Of a stretch of DNA of 64,000 bases, positions 9,992 to 18,875 are shown piece after piece (positions within the stretch are counted from its first letter, which is position 1; each line of letters begins with the position of its first letter). Source of the stretch: an uncultured Clostridia bacterium (lineage in GTDB: Bacteria; Bacillota; DTU025; MWDF01); assembly GCA_964545975.1 (NCBI GenBank), contig CAZJHY010000001.1, positions 24,094-88,093 on the forward strand, read 5' to 3'. The notes under the pieces are model-generated. The model ran no database searches. It was not told the DNA's origin and worked only from the letters and a program-made list of their open reading frames with translations. Made by a program: the position numbers and the translations under genes.

Positions 9992-10414
9992 TTACATTCG
10001 CAATATCCTATAGGCACCTTTATAAAGTGCTGAGAACTCCTCTTCAGTCAAATTCAGGCACTCTGCCATCTTGTCGGGAATGCCCTTGGCCTTGGCCTTC
10101 AAATCCTTGCCTTCCTTCGTAAGGTTGATTATGACGCTTCTCTCATCCCTGGGATCTCTCGCCCTGGTTATAAGCCTCTGCCCTTCAAGCGATTTAAGAA
10201 GGGGAGTGAGAGTCCCCGAGTCGAGGAAGAGCCTCTCTCCGATGTCCTTGAGCCCTATCCCGTCCTCCTCCCACAGCACAAGCATCACGATGTATTTTGT
10301 ATAAGTGAGTTGTAAAGGCTCAAGGAAGGGCCTGTATCTTTTTATTATCTCCCTGGAGCAAGCATATAGAGGGAAACACAACTGAGCGTCCAGCTTCAAT
10401 AGGTCCTTTTCCAT
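9992..10414 (-). CDS. ohrR: MarR-family regulator, OhrR-like (organic hydroperoxide sensor type)
   Basis: It has a winged-helix MarR core and the N-terminal LDAQLCFPLY motif, which carries the conserved sensing Cys typical of OhrR. Confidence 0.8.
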   Translation of the reverse strand: MEKDLLKLDAQLCFPLYACSREIIKRYRPFLEPLQLTYTKYIVMLVLWEEDGIGLKDIGERLFLDSGTLTPLLKSLEGQRLITRARDPRDERSVIINLTKEGKDLKAKAKGIPDKMAECLNLTEEEFSALYKGAYRILRM

Positions 10415-10437
10415 ACGCAGCCCTCCCTGTATGCTGC

Positions 10438-10971
10438 CTATAGCAGCTCCGCTATCTTACCGTCAAGGTCTTCGGGCTTTACCGTGGGTGAGAACCTTCC
10501 AACGACCTTGCCGTTTCTATCCACGAGGAATTTCGTGAAGTTCCATCGGATGTCGTCTCCCAGCACTGTCTGCTTGAGCTCCTCTAGCCGTTTTTTGAAC
10601 CTAGGCATATCCTCGTTCTCAAGTTCCGCCCTCGCCTCTTTCTTGAGGAAGGTTATCAATGGTTCGGCATTTTGCCCGTTAACATCTATCTTGGAGAAAG
10701 TCCTGAACTTGGTGCCGAAATTGAGCTGGCAGAACTCAACTATCTCGTCATTTGTCCCCGGAGCCTGGTTCAGGAATTGGTTGCTGGGGAAGTCGAGCAC
10801 CTCAAAGCCCCTGTCGCGGTATTTCTCATACAGGGCTTCAAGCCCCTTATATTGAGGTGTGAAGCCGCATTTGGTTGCGGTGTTAACTATTAGAAGAACT
10901 TTTCCCTTGTAATCGGACATGGACAAATCGTTGTACTTTGCGTCCTTGACCTTGAAATCATATATCGTCAT
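10438..10971 (-). CDS. Glutathione peroxidase family protein (Cys-type)
   Basis: Motifs VNTATKCGFTPQY, LDFPSNQF and WNFTKFLV. The active-site residue is encoded by TGC (Cys), not TGA. Confidence 0.92.
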   Translation of the reverse strand: MTIYDFKVKDAKYNDLSMSDYKGKVLLIVNTATKCGFTPQYKGLEALYEKYRDRGFEVLDFPSNQFLNQAPGTNDEIVEFCQLNFGTKFRTFSKIDVNGQNAEPLITFLKKEARAELENEDMPRFKKRLEELKQTVLGDDIRWNFTKFLVDRNGKVVGRFSPTVKPEDLDGKIAELL

Positions 10972-11008
10972 GGGATAACCTCCTCGATGTTAACATGTTA
11001 GACGATTA

Positions 11009-11036
11009 AATTGTATCAAATACAAACGGCATGTCA
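11009..11036 (-). promoter_or_regulatory. Sigma-70-type promoter of the gpx-ohrR operon
   Basis: The minus strand reads TTGACA (11036-11031), a 16-nt spacer, then TACAAT (11014-11009). The gpx start codon at 10971 is about 38 nt downstream and has a GAGGAGG ribosome-binding site. Confidence 0.6.
11010..11024. promoter_or_regulatory. Candidate OhrR operator palindrome
   Basis: TTGTAT-CAA-ATACAA is a perfect 6-3-6 inverted repeat overlapping the spacer and -10 element. It is flanked by the near-identical 10-mers ATGTTAACAT (10986-10995) and ATGTCAACAT (11030-11039). Confidence 0.5.
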
Positions 11037-11065
11037 ACATCATCCAAGGGGCTCTCCTTGATTTT

Positions 11066-11713
11066 CTACTTGTTCTGCCCGTAAGTCCTGCCGAGGGTGG
11101 AGACCAATGCCTTCACCTGTTCGTCAGTTAGTGAGGATGCCCTGCCTATTTGCGAGGCGTGTATATAGCACGAGCACATCTTCTCCAGAAGCTCGCACCT
11201 TTCAAGGGCCTTCTCAGGCGTGTCAGCGACGCAGACTGACCCGTGATTGGACATTATTGCTGCATTCTTGCTTCCTAGCGCCTTCGCGACGTTCTTTGCT
11301 AGGTCGTCGCTTCCAGACATAGCATAATCCGCTACCTCTACAGCGCCTCCGAAGCTGAAAGCGCATATATCAGTTATGACCGGAAGAGGCATCCTTGCTA
11401 CGCCAAGGGCTATCGCCATGGGTGAATGAACATGAACGACGGCTTTAACCTCAGGCCTGGCAATGTAGATCTCCCTGTGCAGCATGCTTTCTACCGAGGG
11501 CTTAAGCTTTGATGAGGAATACAGTGTCGCCAGATCCAGCTCTACTATCTGCTCAGGGGAAAGCGCCTCATAAGGTATGCCGCTGGGGGTTATCAGCATC
11601 CCGGTTCCTGATTCATTCCTGCAGCTGACATTCCCTCCGGTGCCTATAGTAAGCCCCATTTCCATCATCTTGATGCCGGTCTGGATAATTCTTCTGTTAA
11701 GCTGCTCGTTCAT
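11066..11713 (-). CDS. Class II aldolase/adducin-domain protein (FucA/AraD-like)
   Basis: Motifs GTGGNVSCR and VVHVHSP. It is transcribed divergently from the sugar operon. Confidence 0.85.
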   Translation of the reverse strand: MNEQLNRRIIQTGIKMMEMGLTIGTGGNVSCRNESGTGMLITPSGIPYEALSPEQIVELDLATLYSSSKLKPSVESMLHREIYIARPEVKAVVHVHSPMAIALGVARMPLPVITDICAFSFGGAVEVADYAMSGSDDLAKNVAKALGSKNAAIMSNHGSVCVADTPEKALERCELLEKMCSCYIHASQIGRASSLTDEQVKALVSTLGRTYGQNK

Positions 11714-12002
11714 CTTTCTCCTCCATCTGTGGCTGTTGTATTGCCAGTACGAAATTATACAGTCAATTGCATATTAATATAGCACAATAACCTAACCAGG
11801 TGCGAAGGAGCACGCTGTTTTTAATGTGAGTCAAATACATTGCAAAAGCACAGCATAAAAGCGGTATTGCTTGCATCAGCAGGACACTGCTTCCTGAATA
11901 CTGGATTCAGCTTCCTGACGCTTGTCTAGGCAGTTTGATGTATATTTTCCTCCACATAAATGATATTCTATATTAAAGCGTTTCCGGATAGTTGTATATT
12001 AT

Positions 12003-12011
12003 TGGTACAAT
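12003..12011 (+). promoter_or_regulatory. Candidate extended -10 promoter element for the sugar/RLP operon
   Basis: TGGTACAAT matches the TGn-TAnAAT pattern. It lies about 140 nt upstream of the GTG start at 12152. I see no good -35 element. Confidence 0.3.
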
Positions 12012-12151
12012 CTCCATTAGTATACAATCCAGAAAGGGGTGTTCGGCAGGCAGCTAACCACGGTAGTACCAAAATTACTAGCGACCAATCGCAAGTGGGA
12101 CAAGAAATCAATCTCCAGCGAGAAGTATAAGCAATTAGGGGAGGGAATCTT

Positions 12152-13162
12152 GTGAAGAGAACATTGTTAATCGCGGTTGTACTAGTCATGGCACTAACCA
12201 TCGTAACCGGCACTTTCGCAGCGACTACGCCTCTGTTGGTATCGGGCGGCGGTCTTAAGACGACCACTACCGTCAAGGCCAACTCGAAGTATCTCATCGC
12301 TTGCATCGTTAAGAACTCCACCAATCCTTACATGATCAAGCAGCTTGACGGCTTCAAAGCCGCCGGCGCATTCATGGGCTTCGACGCCGTCGCACTGGCT
12401 CCCGCCAAGGCCGACAACATCGAAGAGCAGGTCAAGATAATCGAAGACCTCATCCAGAAGGGCGTCAAGGGCCTCGTCATCCATCCTTCCGACTCCAACG
12501 GCATAGTCCCGATAGTCGAGAAGGCCATGTCGCTCGGCATCCCCGTGGTCGTAATAGGTACCCCGGCGAATACCGACAAGATATTCTTCCGCACCGGCAT
12601 GGACTATACCGACTCTGGCCGCAAGATCACCGAAGCTGCCATCCAGAAGATGGGCGGCAAGGGCAACGTCATAATACTTGAGGGCCCGCCCCAGGCGATC
12701 AACGCCAAGGAAAGGCTCAACGGCATGCTCGAAACTATAGCCAAGTACCCCGGCGTAAAGGTGCTTGACTCCCAGACCGCAAACTTCAACAGGCTCAACG
12801 CCCTCCAGGTCATGGAGAACCTCCTTCAGAAGCACAAGGACGTGCAGGGAGTCTTCGCGGCCAACGACGAGATGGCCCTCGGCGCGATCCAGGCTCTTGA
12901 AGCCGCCGGCAGGAAGAACGTGGTAGTCTCCGGCGTCGACGGAAGCAAGGACGCCTCGCAGGCGGTCCTCGAAGGCAGGCTCACAGTGACCTCGAATGCA
13001 GACCCCTATTCCAGCTCCTGGTGCGCCGCAGCATACATCGTGAAGTACTTGAACGACGGCACCATGCCGCCCTCCAAGTTCATCCCGTATCCCGCTGAAG
13101 TCGCCATCATCGACAAGAGCAACGTTCAGAACTACATCAACAACGACGCGTGGTGGAAGTAG
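12152..13162 (+). CDS. Sugar ABC transporter substrate-binding protein (RbsB-like, Peripla_BP_4)
   Basis: Signal peptide, GTG start after GGGGAGGG, and RbsB-like core sequences (VKNSTNPYM, AANDEMALGA, VSGVDGS). Confidence 0.88.
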   Translation: MKRTLLIAVVLVMALTIVTGTFAATTPLLVSGGGLKTTTTVKANSKYLIACIVKNSTNPYMIKQLDGFKAAGAFMGFDAVALAPAKADNIEEQVKIIEDLIQKGVKGLVIHPSDSNGIVPIVEKAMSLGIPVVVIGTPANTDKIFFRTGMDYTDSGRKITEAAIQKMGGKGNVIILEGPPQAINAKERLNGMLETIAKYPGVKVLDSQTANFNRLNALQVMENLLQKHKDVQGVFAANDEMALGAIQALEAAGRKNVVVSGVDGSKDASQAVLEGRLTVTSNADPYSSSWCAAAYIVKYLNDGTMPPSKFIPYPAEVAIIDKSNVQNYINNDAWWK

Positions 13163-13180
13163 TCTCATAGAAGTCCTGCT

Positions 13181-13210
13181 ATGGAGCCCTGTCGCAAGAC
13201 GGGGCTCCAT
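13181..13210 (+). promoter_or_regulatory. Intercistronic stem-loop after the substrate-binding protein gene
   Basis: ATGGAGCCC (13181-13189) pairs with GGGCTCCAT (13202-13210), a 9-bp stem. The ATG at 13181 is part of the stem, so it is unlikely to be the ATPase start. Confidence 0.55.
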
Positions 13211-13231
13211 GCACCCAAGGGGGCGTTATTT

Positions 13232-14752
13232 TTGGAGATAGTACCTATCCTCGAAGCGAGGAACATCAGCAAGGAGTTCCCGGGCGTAAAGGCGTTGGAT
13301 GAAGTATCCATACAGGTAAGGCCCGGCGAGGTCCATGTACTGATAGGAGAGAACGGGGCCGGAAAGAGCACGCTGTCCAAGATACTCATGGGAGTGTATA
13401 CCAGCGACAAGGGCGAGATCCTGTTCGATGGTAAGCCCGCCCACATTAGGAACCCTCATGACGCAAGGGCATTAGGCATATGCGGTGTCCATCAGGAGTT
13501 CATGCTTGTACCCTGGATGAACGTCGCACAGAACATCTTCATCAACAGAGAGCCCAGGATTTGGCCGGGGCTTCCCTTCATAGACCACAAGAAGATGCAC
13601 GAGGACAGCAGGAAGCTGCTTTCCTCCTTCAACGTGAACATCAACACCAAGCAGCCGGTGAAATACCTGGACACCGCGCTCCAGCAGATGGTGGAGATAG
13701 TAAAGGCGCTATCTACGAACCCCAAGGTCCTGATACTTGACGAACCGACTGCAGTCCTCACGGACAGGGAGGTCAACAGCCTCTTCGCCCATATAGAGGA
13801 GCTGAGAAGCCGAGGGGTTGCGATCATATACATATCGCACAGGCTTCCTGAGATCAGAAGGATAGGCGACAGGGTCACGGTCCTAAGAGACGGGAAGTAT
13901 GTAGCAACGGTTGACATCAAGGACACCCCCGACGAGGAGCTCATCAAGATGATGGTGGGCAGGAGCGTTTCGCAGCTTTATACCAGAAACCGCCAGGTTC
14001 CCGGGAAAGAGGCCCTGAGGCTTGAGAATTTCAGCGTGAAGGGCGGACCGCAGAATGTCGACCTGGTGCTGCACTACGGAGAGATCATTGGGCTTGCGGG
14101 CCTGATTGGTTCAGGGCGCACCGAGCTTGTCAGGGGCATCATGGGAATTGACCAGCAGACAGGCGGTTCCCTTTACATCGATGGCAACAAAGTCACGGTC
14201 GGAAGCCCTGACAAGGCGATAGGACTGGGGCTGGGGCTTCTGCCTGAGGACCGCAAGAGGTATGGCCTCGCCCTTAAGACGAACATCGCCTGGAATACCA
14301 TAATGGCGAGCCTCAAGCGGGAGTTCCCCAAGGGAGTAGTAAGGGAGCGCAAGGTGCGCGACATCGCCCAGGGCTATGTTAAGCAGCTGAAAATCGCCAC
14401 AGACTCGGTATCTAAGGTGGTGGGCTTCCTAAGCGGAGGCAACCAGCAGAAGGTTGTCGTCGCCAAGTGGATCAACACCAAGGCCAAGATCCTCATCTTC
14501 GACGAACCTACAAGGGGCATCGACGTGGGGGCCAAGGCAGAGGTGCACGCCCTCATGGACAAACTGGTGGCCGAAGGAAACGCGATCATAATGATTTCCT
14601 CCGACCTGCCGGAAGTCCTCGGGATGAGCGACCGCGTCTACACGATATTCCAGTGCCGTTCCATGGGGGACTGCTGCTTCCAGGAGGCGAACCAGCAGAG
14701 AATCGGCTCCCTTATGCTGGGAGTGGGGGTGAAGACAGATGCAAACCAGTAA
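13232..14752 (+). CDS. Sugar ABC transporter ATP-binding protein, duplicated ATPase (RbsA-like)
   Basis: Two nucleotide-binding domains are present (GENGAGKST; LSGGNQQKV; ILIFDEPTRGID). The preferred start is TTG 13232, 9 nt after AAGGGGG. The ORF itself opens at 13181. Confidence 0.88.
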   Translation: MEIVPILEARNISKEFPGVKALDEVSIQVRPGEVHVLIGENGAGKSTLSKILMGVYTSDKGEILFDGKPAHIRNPHDARALGICGVHQEFMLVPWMNVAQNIFINREPRIWPGLPFIDHKKMHEDSRKLLSSFNVNINTKQPVKYLDTALQQMVEIVKALSTNPKVLILDEPTAVLTDREVNSLFAHIEELRSRGVAIIYISHRLPEIRRIGDRVTVLRDGKYVATVDIKDTPDEELIKMMVGRSVSQLYTRNRQVPGKEALRLENFSVKGGPQNVDLVLHYGEIIGLAGLIGSGRTELVRGIMGIDQQTGGSLYIDGNKVTVGSPDKAIGLGLGLLPEDRKRYGLALKTNIAWNTIMASLKREFPKGVVRERKVRDIAQGYVKQLKIATDSVSKVVGFLSGGNQQKVVVAKWINTKAKILIFDEPTRGIDVGAKAEVHALMDKLVAEGNAIIMISSDLPEVLGMSDRVYTIFQCRSMGDCCFQEANQQRIGSLMLGVGVKTDANQ

Positions 14753-15704
14753 GCTCATGGGCTTTTTGAGGAAGGTCCCGCCGGCGACATACATCATACT
14801 GCTCATGATAGCCATATACGGCATCGCCGCGCCCGGCTTCTTCACCCTTGGAAACCTCGAGAACGTCGGAAACCAGGCGGCCCCCCTTCTCATCGTCGCC
14901 ATAGGTGTGACCATGGTCATCATGACGGAGGGTACAGACCTTTCGATCGGTTATGTGATGGGCATGGTCGGAGTCGTTGTATCGATTATGCTTAGGGCGA
15001 AAATCTGGATAGGCTGGGCGTTCCTTGCCGGCATCGCGGTAGGGGTGTTCTGCGGCTTCATAAACGGCGTCGCAGTCGCAAAGCTCAAGCTTCCTCCGTT
15101 CATTGCTACGCTTGGTACCGGAAACGTCATATTCGGAATAGGCCTCGTCATAACCGAAGGATACTCCATACAGGCACTTGATCCTGCGCTGCTTTTTCTG
15201 GCAAGCGGCAAGGTGTTCGGAATAAGCATGCCGATACTGATTGCCACGGTGGTCTTCGGGTTATGCTGGGTACTCATGAACTACACGCCGTTCGGGCGCA
15301 ACATAGTCTCTCTCGGAGGCAACTCCGAGGCGCTTAGAGGCGTTGGCCTTAACGTCGGGAAAGCCTCCATATCGGTATACATGATGTGTGGCTTCCTTGC
15401 GGCAATAGGAGGCCTCATAGTGGCGTCAAGGACAGGCTCAGGCTATTCGGCGGCTGCCATGGGATGGGAGTTCGACGCCATCGGAGCCAGTATAATCGGC
15501 GGTACATCCTTCGAGGAGGGCAATGGATCCATAAGCAGGACCGTAATTGGTGTCGCGCTCATATCGATACTCAGAAACGGCCTTAATGTCGTGGGCGTGC
15601 CGAACATGTACCAGTACGCGCTCATCGGCGCCATAGTGCTGACGGCCATAATCCTGGACGTTCGCTTCAGGCAGGCCGCGAAGGGAGGCGTCAAGAGAGT
15701 ATGA
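14739..15704 (+). CDS. Sugar ABC transporter permease (RbsC-like)
   Basis: Polytopic protein with the RbsC-type motif TGGIDLS/GTDLSIG. Confidence 0.9.
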   Translation: MQTSKLMGFLRKVPPATYIILLMIAIYGIAAPGFFTLGNLENVGNQAAPLLIVAIGVTMVIMTEGTDLSIGYVMGMVGVVVSIMLRAKIWIGWAFLAGIAVGVFCGFINGVAVAKLKLPPFIATLGTGNVIFGIGLVITEGYSIQALDPALLFLASGKVFGISMPILIATVVFGLCWVLMNYTPFGRNIVSLGGNSEALRGVGLNVGKASISVYMMCGFLAAIGGLIVASRTGSGYSAAAMGWEFDAIGASIIGGTSFEEGNGSISRTVIGVALISILRNGLNVVGVPNMYQYALIGAIVLTAIILDVRFRQAAKGGVKRV

Positions 15705-16696
15705 ACGAAGGTTCAAGGATGAAGGACACCCCCAAGGCGGTCGCAATCGTAAACGACAGGCTCAAGGCAAGGGAGGCCATAGCTCCCCTCTTCAGGCTCA
15801 CGTTCCTGATAGTCCTCATGATCGCACTTTCCATACTCAGCGAGGACTTCTTCACATGGAGCAACCTAATTAACGTTCTCAGGCAGTCGACTTTCCTGAT
15901 AGTAATCGGCCTCGGGCTCACAGGGGTGCTGCTTACCGGAGGCATCGACCTGTCCGTAGGCGGTGTGCTCGCATTCGTGGGCTGCGCGACTGGACAGATG
16001 ATGAGATCCGGCGTTCCGCTTTATCTTGCAGTGCCAATCGGTCTTCTAATCGGAGCGGGAGTCGGATGCTTCAACGGTTTCATGGTGGGGTACATCAAGC
16101 TTCCTCCGTTTGTGGCCACTTACGGTTCCAAGTGGATATCCGAGGGCATGGCGCTGCTTCTTATGCAGGGGCAGGTCATCTACGGCTTCCCGAGGGTGTA
16201 CCGCTGGATCGGCATCGGCTACATAGGACCCATACCAGTGCCCATCATAATTGCTGCCATCCTTGCGGTAATAATGAACTTCCTGTTCGTGAAGACCGTA
16301 TTCGGCAGGCAGGTATATGCACTGGGCGCCAACAAGGAAGCAGCATTCTACTCGGGCATCAAAGTCAAGAAGAACATCATGGTGGTATACACCCTTGCTG
16401 GCCTCATGGCGGGCATTGCCGGCCTTCTGATGCTTGCAAGGCTTGACGCCGCCGAGGTGAACATGGGAGAGGCCCTGCAGCTGCAGTCCCTCGCCGCGGT
16501 CATCATCGGGGGTGCATCCCTTCGCGGAGGCGAGGGCAGCATATTCGGCACGATAATTGGCGCCATAACCCTTACGCTGGTCGTAAACGGGCTTAACCTG
16601 CTTGGCGTGCGCTCTTTGTGGCACTCAGTGGTGCTCGGCGGCGTCATCCTGGCATCCGTGATAATGGACCTGCGCATGAAGAAGCTGGCGCAATAA
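15701..16696 (+). CDS. Sugar ABC transporter permease (RbsC-like, second copy)
   Basis: Polytopic protein with LTGGIDLSVGG. Its start forms an ATGA overlap with the upstream permease gene. Confidence 0.9.
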   Translation: MNEGSRMKDTPKAVAIVNDRLKAREAIAPLFRLTFLIVLMIALSILSEDFFTWSNLINVLRQSTFLIVIGLGLTGVLLTGGIDLSVGGVLAFVGCATGQMMRSGVPLYLAVPIGLLIGAGVGCFNGFMVGYIKLPPFVATYGSKWISEGMALLLMQGQVIYGFPRVYRWIGIGYIGPIPVPIIIAAILAVIMNFLFVKTVFGRQVYALGANKEAAFYSGIKVKKNIMVVYTLAGLMAGIAGLLMLARLDAAEVNMGEALQLQSLAAVIIGGASLRGGEGSIFGTIIGAITLTLVVNGLNLLGVRSLWHSVVLGGVILASVIMDLRMKKLAQ

Positions 16697-16727
16697 GGAT
16701 TAGCAGAAAGAAAAAGGAGGAACACCA

Positions 16728-17537
16728 ATGGCCAACCTTACGATCAGACCCATAAACACCGGTTACGCGGAAACCTACAAGAAGCAGTACCAGTACCATC
16801 ATTCTACCCACAAGTACCACAACGTCGACGACGGAAAGCTTCTTCTGCCCTGCATGGCATTCCTTATCGAGGGCGGAGACAAGCTCGTGCTGGTAGACAC
16901 CGGCATGTCCAACACCGAGATAGCCAACAAGTATCATCATCCGGGTTCGTACCAGCCTGACGGCTTTGCGATACATGAGCAGCTGGCGAAGCTGGGCATC
17001 AAGTGCGAGGACATCGACATTGTCATCTTCACGCACATGCACTGGGACCACATGCACAACATGGAGAAGTTCGTAAACGCCAGGTTCATCGCCCACAAGA
17101 AGGAATGGGAGTTCTGCCAGAACCCCATCCCGCTGTACTACAAATCATACGAGCATCCCAAGCTCGGCATAAAGGCTCCCTTCACTGGCCTTAAGATCGA
17201 GACCGTAGAGGGCGAGCAGGAGATAGTCCCCGGCATAAGGGTGTTCGAGAGCTTCGGGCATTCGCCGGGCCACATGTCCGTGGAAGTCGACTGCGAGGAC
17301 GGATCCTACATCCTCTGCGGCGATGCGGTATTCATCTACGACAACCTTAAGCCCGTGCCGGACATGTTCTATGAGATTACTCCCCCGGCCAGGTATGCCA
17401 ACATCGTCGAGTGCTGGAACAGCATAGTCGAGATGAAGCATAGGGCCAAGGAGCAGCGCTTCATACTGCCCTCCCATGAGCCTGAGATAGAGGAGCTCGC
17501 GAAGAAGTACGGAACTTTCCCGATACCCAAGAAGTAA
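16728..17537 (+). CDS. Metallo-beta-lactamase-fold hydrolase, lactonase-like (AiiA/UlaG-type fold)
   Basis: The HxHxDH motif appears as THMHWDHMHN. GHSPGH, CGD and SHEP follow, in the order expected for the zinc ligands. Confidence 0.8.
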   Translation: MANLTIRPINTGYAETYKKQYQYHHSTHKYHNVDDGKLLLPCMAFLIEGGDKLVLVDTGMSNTEIANKYHHPGSYQPDGFAIHEQLAKLGIKCEDIDIVIFTHMHWDHMHNMEKFVNARFIAHKKEWEFCQNPIPLYYKSYEHPKLGIKAPFTGLKIETVEGEQEIVPGIRVFESFGHSPGHMSVEVDCEDGSYILCGDAVFIYDNLKPVPDMFYEITPPARYANIVECWNSIVEMKHRAKEQRFILPSHEPEIEELAKKYGTFPIPKK

Positions 17538-17619
17538 CATCACACCGATTGGGGGTGCGGCCGGGAGGCAGGTCCAAGGGGGCGCGGGCCTCCGAAGACA
17601 GCCAACCCGGCCTTGTCAT

Positions 17620-18843
17620 ATGAAGACTATCGCAGTGATAACCTCGCTGGACACGAAGGGGAAAGAGACCCTCTATATAAAGGATGCGATCGAGAGGTTC
17701 GGCTCGAAGGCTCTCATCATAGACGTAGGGGTCAAGGAGCCGCCATATTTCACGCCTGATATCGCAAGGCACGAGGTGGCCGCCGCCGCCGGCATCGACT
17801 GGGATACGGTGAAGGACAAGGAGAAAAGGGTGAGGATAAGCACCATGACCTCAGGCCTTGAGGTGCTTATACCCAAGCTATATGCCGAGGGGAAGCTTTC
17901 GGCCGTGTTCTCGATGGGAGGCCTTCAGAACACAACGATGGGAACATCGGCGATGAAGACCCTGCCGCTCGGGGTGCCTAAGCTCATGCTTTCCACGATG
18001 GCGTCCAGCAACAGGCCTTTCGGTCCGTTCGTGGGAACCAAGGACATGACCCTCATGCACTCGGTGGGCGACATCCTAGGGGTAAACCCCGTCACCAAGG
18101 CCGTGATGGATAACGCCGTCGGAGCCATCGTGGGGATGGCGGAGCACGCCGGAAACAGGGTGCAGAAAACTGACAGGATCCTTGTGGGTGCCACTATGCT
18201 CGGCGTAACGAACGACGGAGTGAGCCGCGCGGTATCCTACCTCGAGGAGGCAGGCTACGACGTGGTCACCTTCCATGCGAACGGTGCGGGAGGACCGGCC
18301 ATGGAGGAGCTCATAGGACAGGACACGATAGACGCCGCGATGGATCTTACGCTGCATGAGATAGACGCTGAATTCTTCGGGGGGCACTGTTCGGGGGCGA
18401 CCAACAGGCTCCTTATGGCCGCCGAGAAGGGGATACCCCAGGTTGTTTCGCTTGGTGCCTCCGACGTCATAGACTATGAGGTCGTGGACCTCGACAAGGT
18501 AAGGGAGTATGGAAGGCGCAAGTTCGTCTATCAGCACCCCACCATCCAGCACATAAAGCTCATAGAGGAAGAGGCGCACAAGGTCGGGACGGTAATCGGG
18601 GAGAGGCTCTCAAAGGCCAAGGGTCCCCTAACCCTCGTCATACCTAGGGGAGGCTTCCACCAGAGCAGCTACAAAGGCGGTCCCATATGGGATCCTGCCA
18701 TCGACGAGATAATCATAGGACACATACTAAGCAGGATTGCGCCTTCCACAAGGGTGGTAGAGACCGCAGCCCATATCAACGAGCCCGCCTTCAGCAGGGT
18801 GGCGGCCGATGAGATGATTAAGCTTCTGAAGGCCATGCGCTAA
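17620..18843 (+). CDS. UPF0261 / Tm-1-like ATP-binding domain protein
   Basis: The N-terminus MKTIAVITSLDTKGKE matches my memory of the UPF0261 family. The length is about 400 aa. This call rests on recollection, not a search. Confidence 0.7.
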   Translation: MKTIAVITSLDTKGKETLYIKDAIERFGSKALIIDVGVKEPPYFTPDIARHEVAAAAGIDWDTVKDKEKRVRISTMTSGLEVLIPKLYAEGKLSAVFSMGGLQNTTMGTSAMKTLPLGVPKLMLSTMASSNRPFGPFVGTKDMTLMHSVGDILGVNPVTKAVMDNAVGAIVGMAEHAGNRVQKTDRILVGATMLGVTNDGVSRAVSYLEEAGYDVVTFHANGAGGPAMEELIGQDTIDAAMDLTLHEIDAEFFGGHCSGATNRLLMAAEKGIPQVVSLGASDVIDYEVVDLDKVREYGRRKFVYQHPTIQHIKLIEEEAHKVGTVIGERLSKAKGPLTLVIPRGGFHQSSYKGGPIWDPAIDEIIIGHILSRIAPSTRVVETAAHINEPAFSRVAADEMIKLLKAMR

Positions 18844-18875
18844 GCAGGGCCAGAAGCCTCACAAGGAGGATTCCG

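Noticed and set aside
10438-10971. A selenocysteine-containing glutathione peroxidase.
   Set aside because: The active-site residue in NTATKCGF is encoded by TGC (Cys), and the frame contains no in-frame TGA.
11825-11840. A CRP-like site, TGTGA-N6-TACAT, in the divergent promoter region of the sugar operon.
   Set aside because: Only one half-site matches the TGTGA-N6-TCACA consensus, so this is probably chance in an AT-rich spacer.
11992-12010. Recurring TTGTA...TACAA inverted repeats as a shared regulator motif. They occur at 11992-12010 (9-nt spacer) and 26496-26513 (8-nt spacer), and the OhrR-type palindrome at 11010-11024 has the same arms.
   Set aside because: The arms are short at 5 bp, the spacers vary, and the setting is AT-rich. 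Without comparative data this cannot be distinguished from chance. Only the 11010-11024 palindrome is retained, because of its promoter context.
12194-13210. A 338-aa ORF on the minus strand covers the whole sugar-binding protein gene. Similar long antisense ORFs occur at 4055-4621, 16046-16624, 20077-20751, 20610-21275, 21002-21646, 40785-41441, 50176-50790 and 55439-56080.
   Set aside because: These are shadow ORFs opposite strongly recognisable genes. They have no ribosome-binding sites, and their low-complexity composition is rich in Arg, Gly, Val, His and Asp. This is what codon-biased GC-rich coding sequence is expected to produce.
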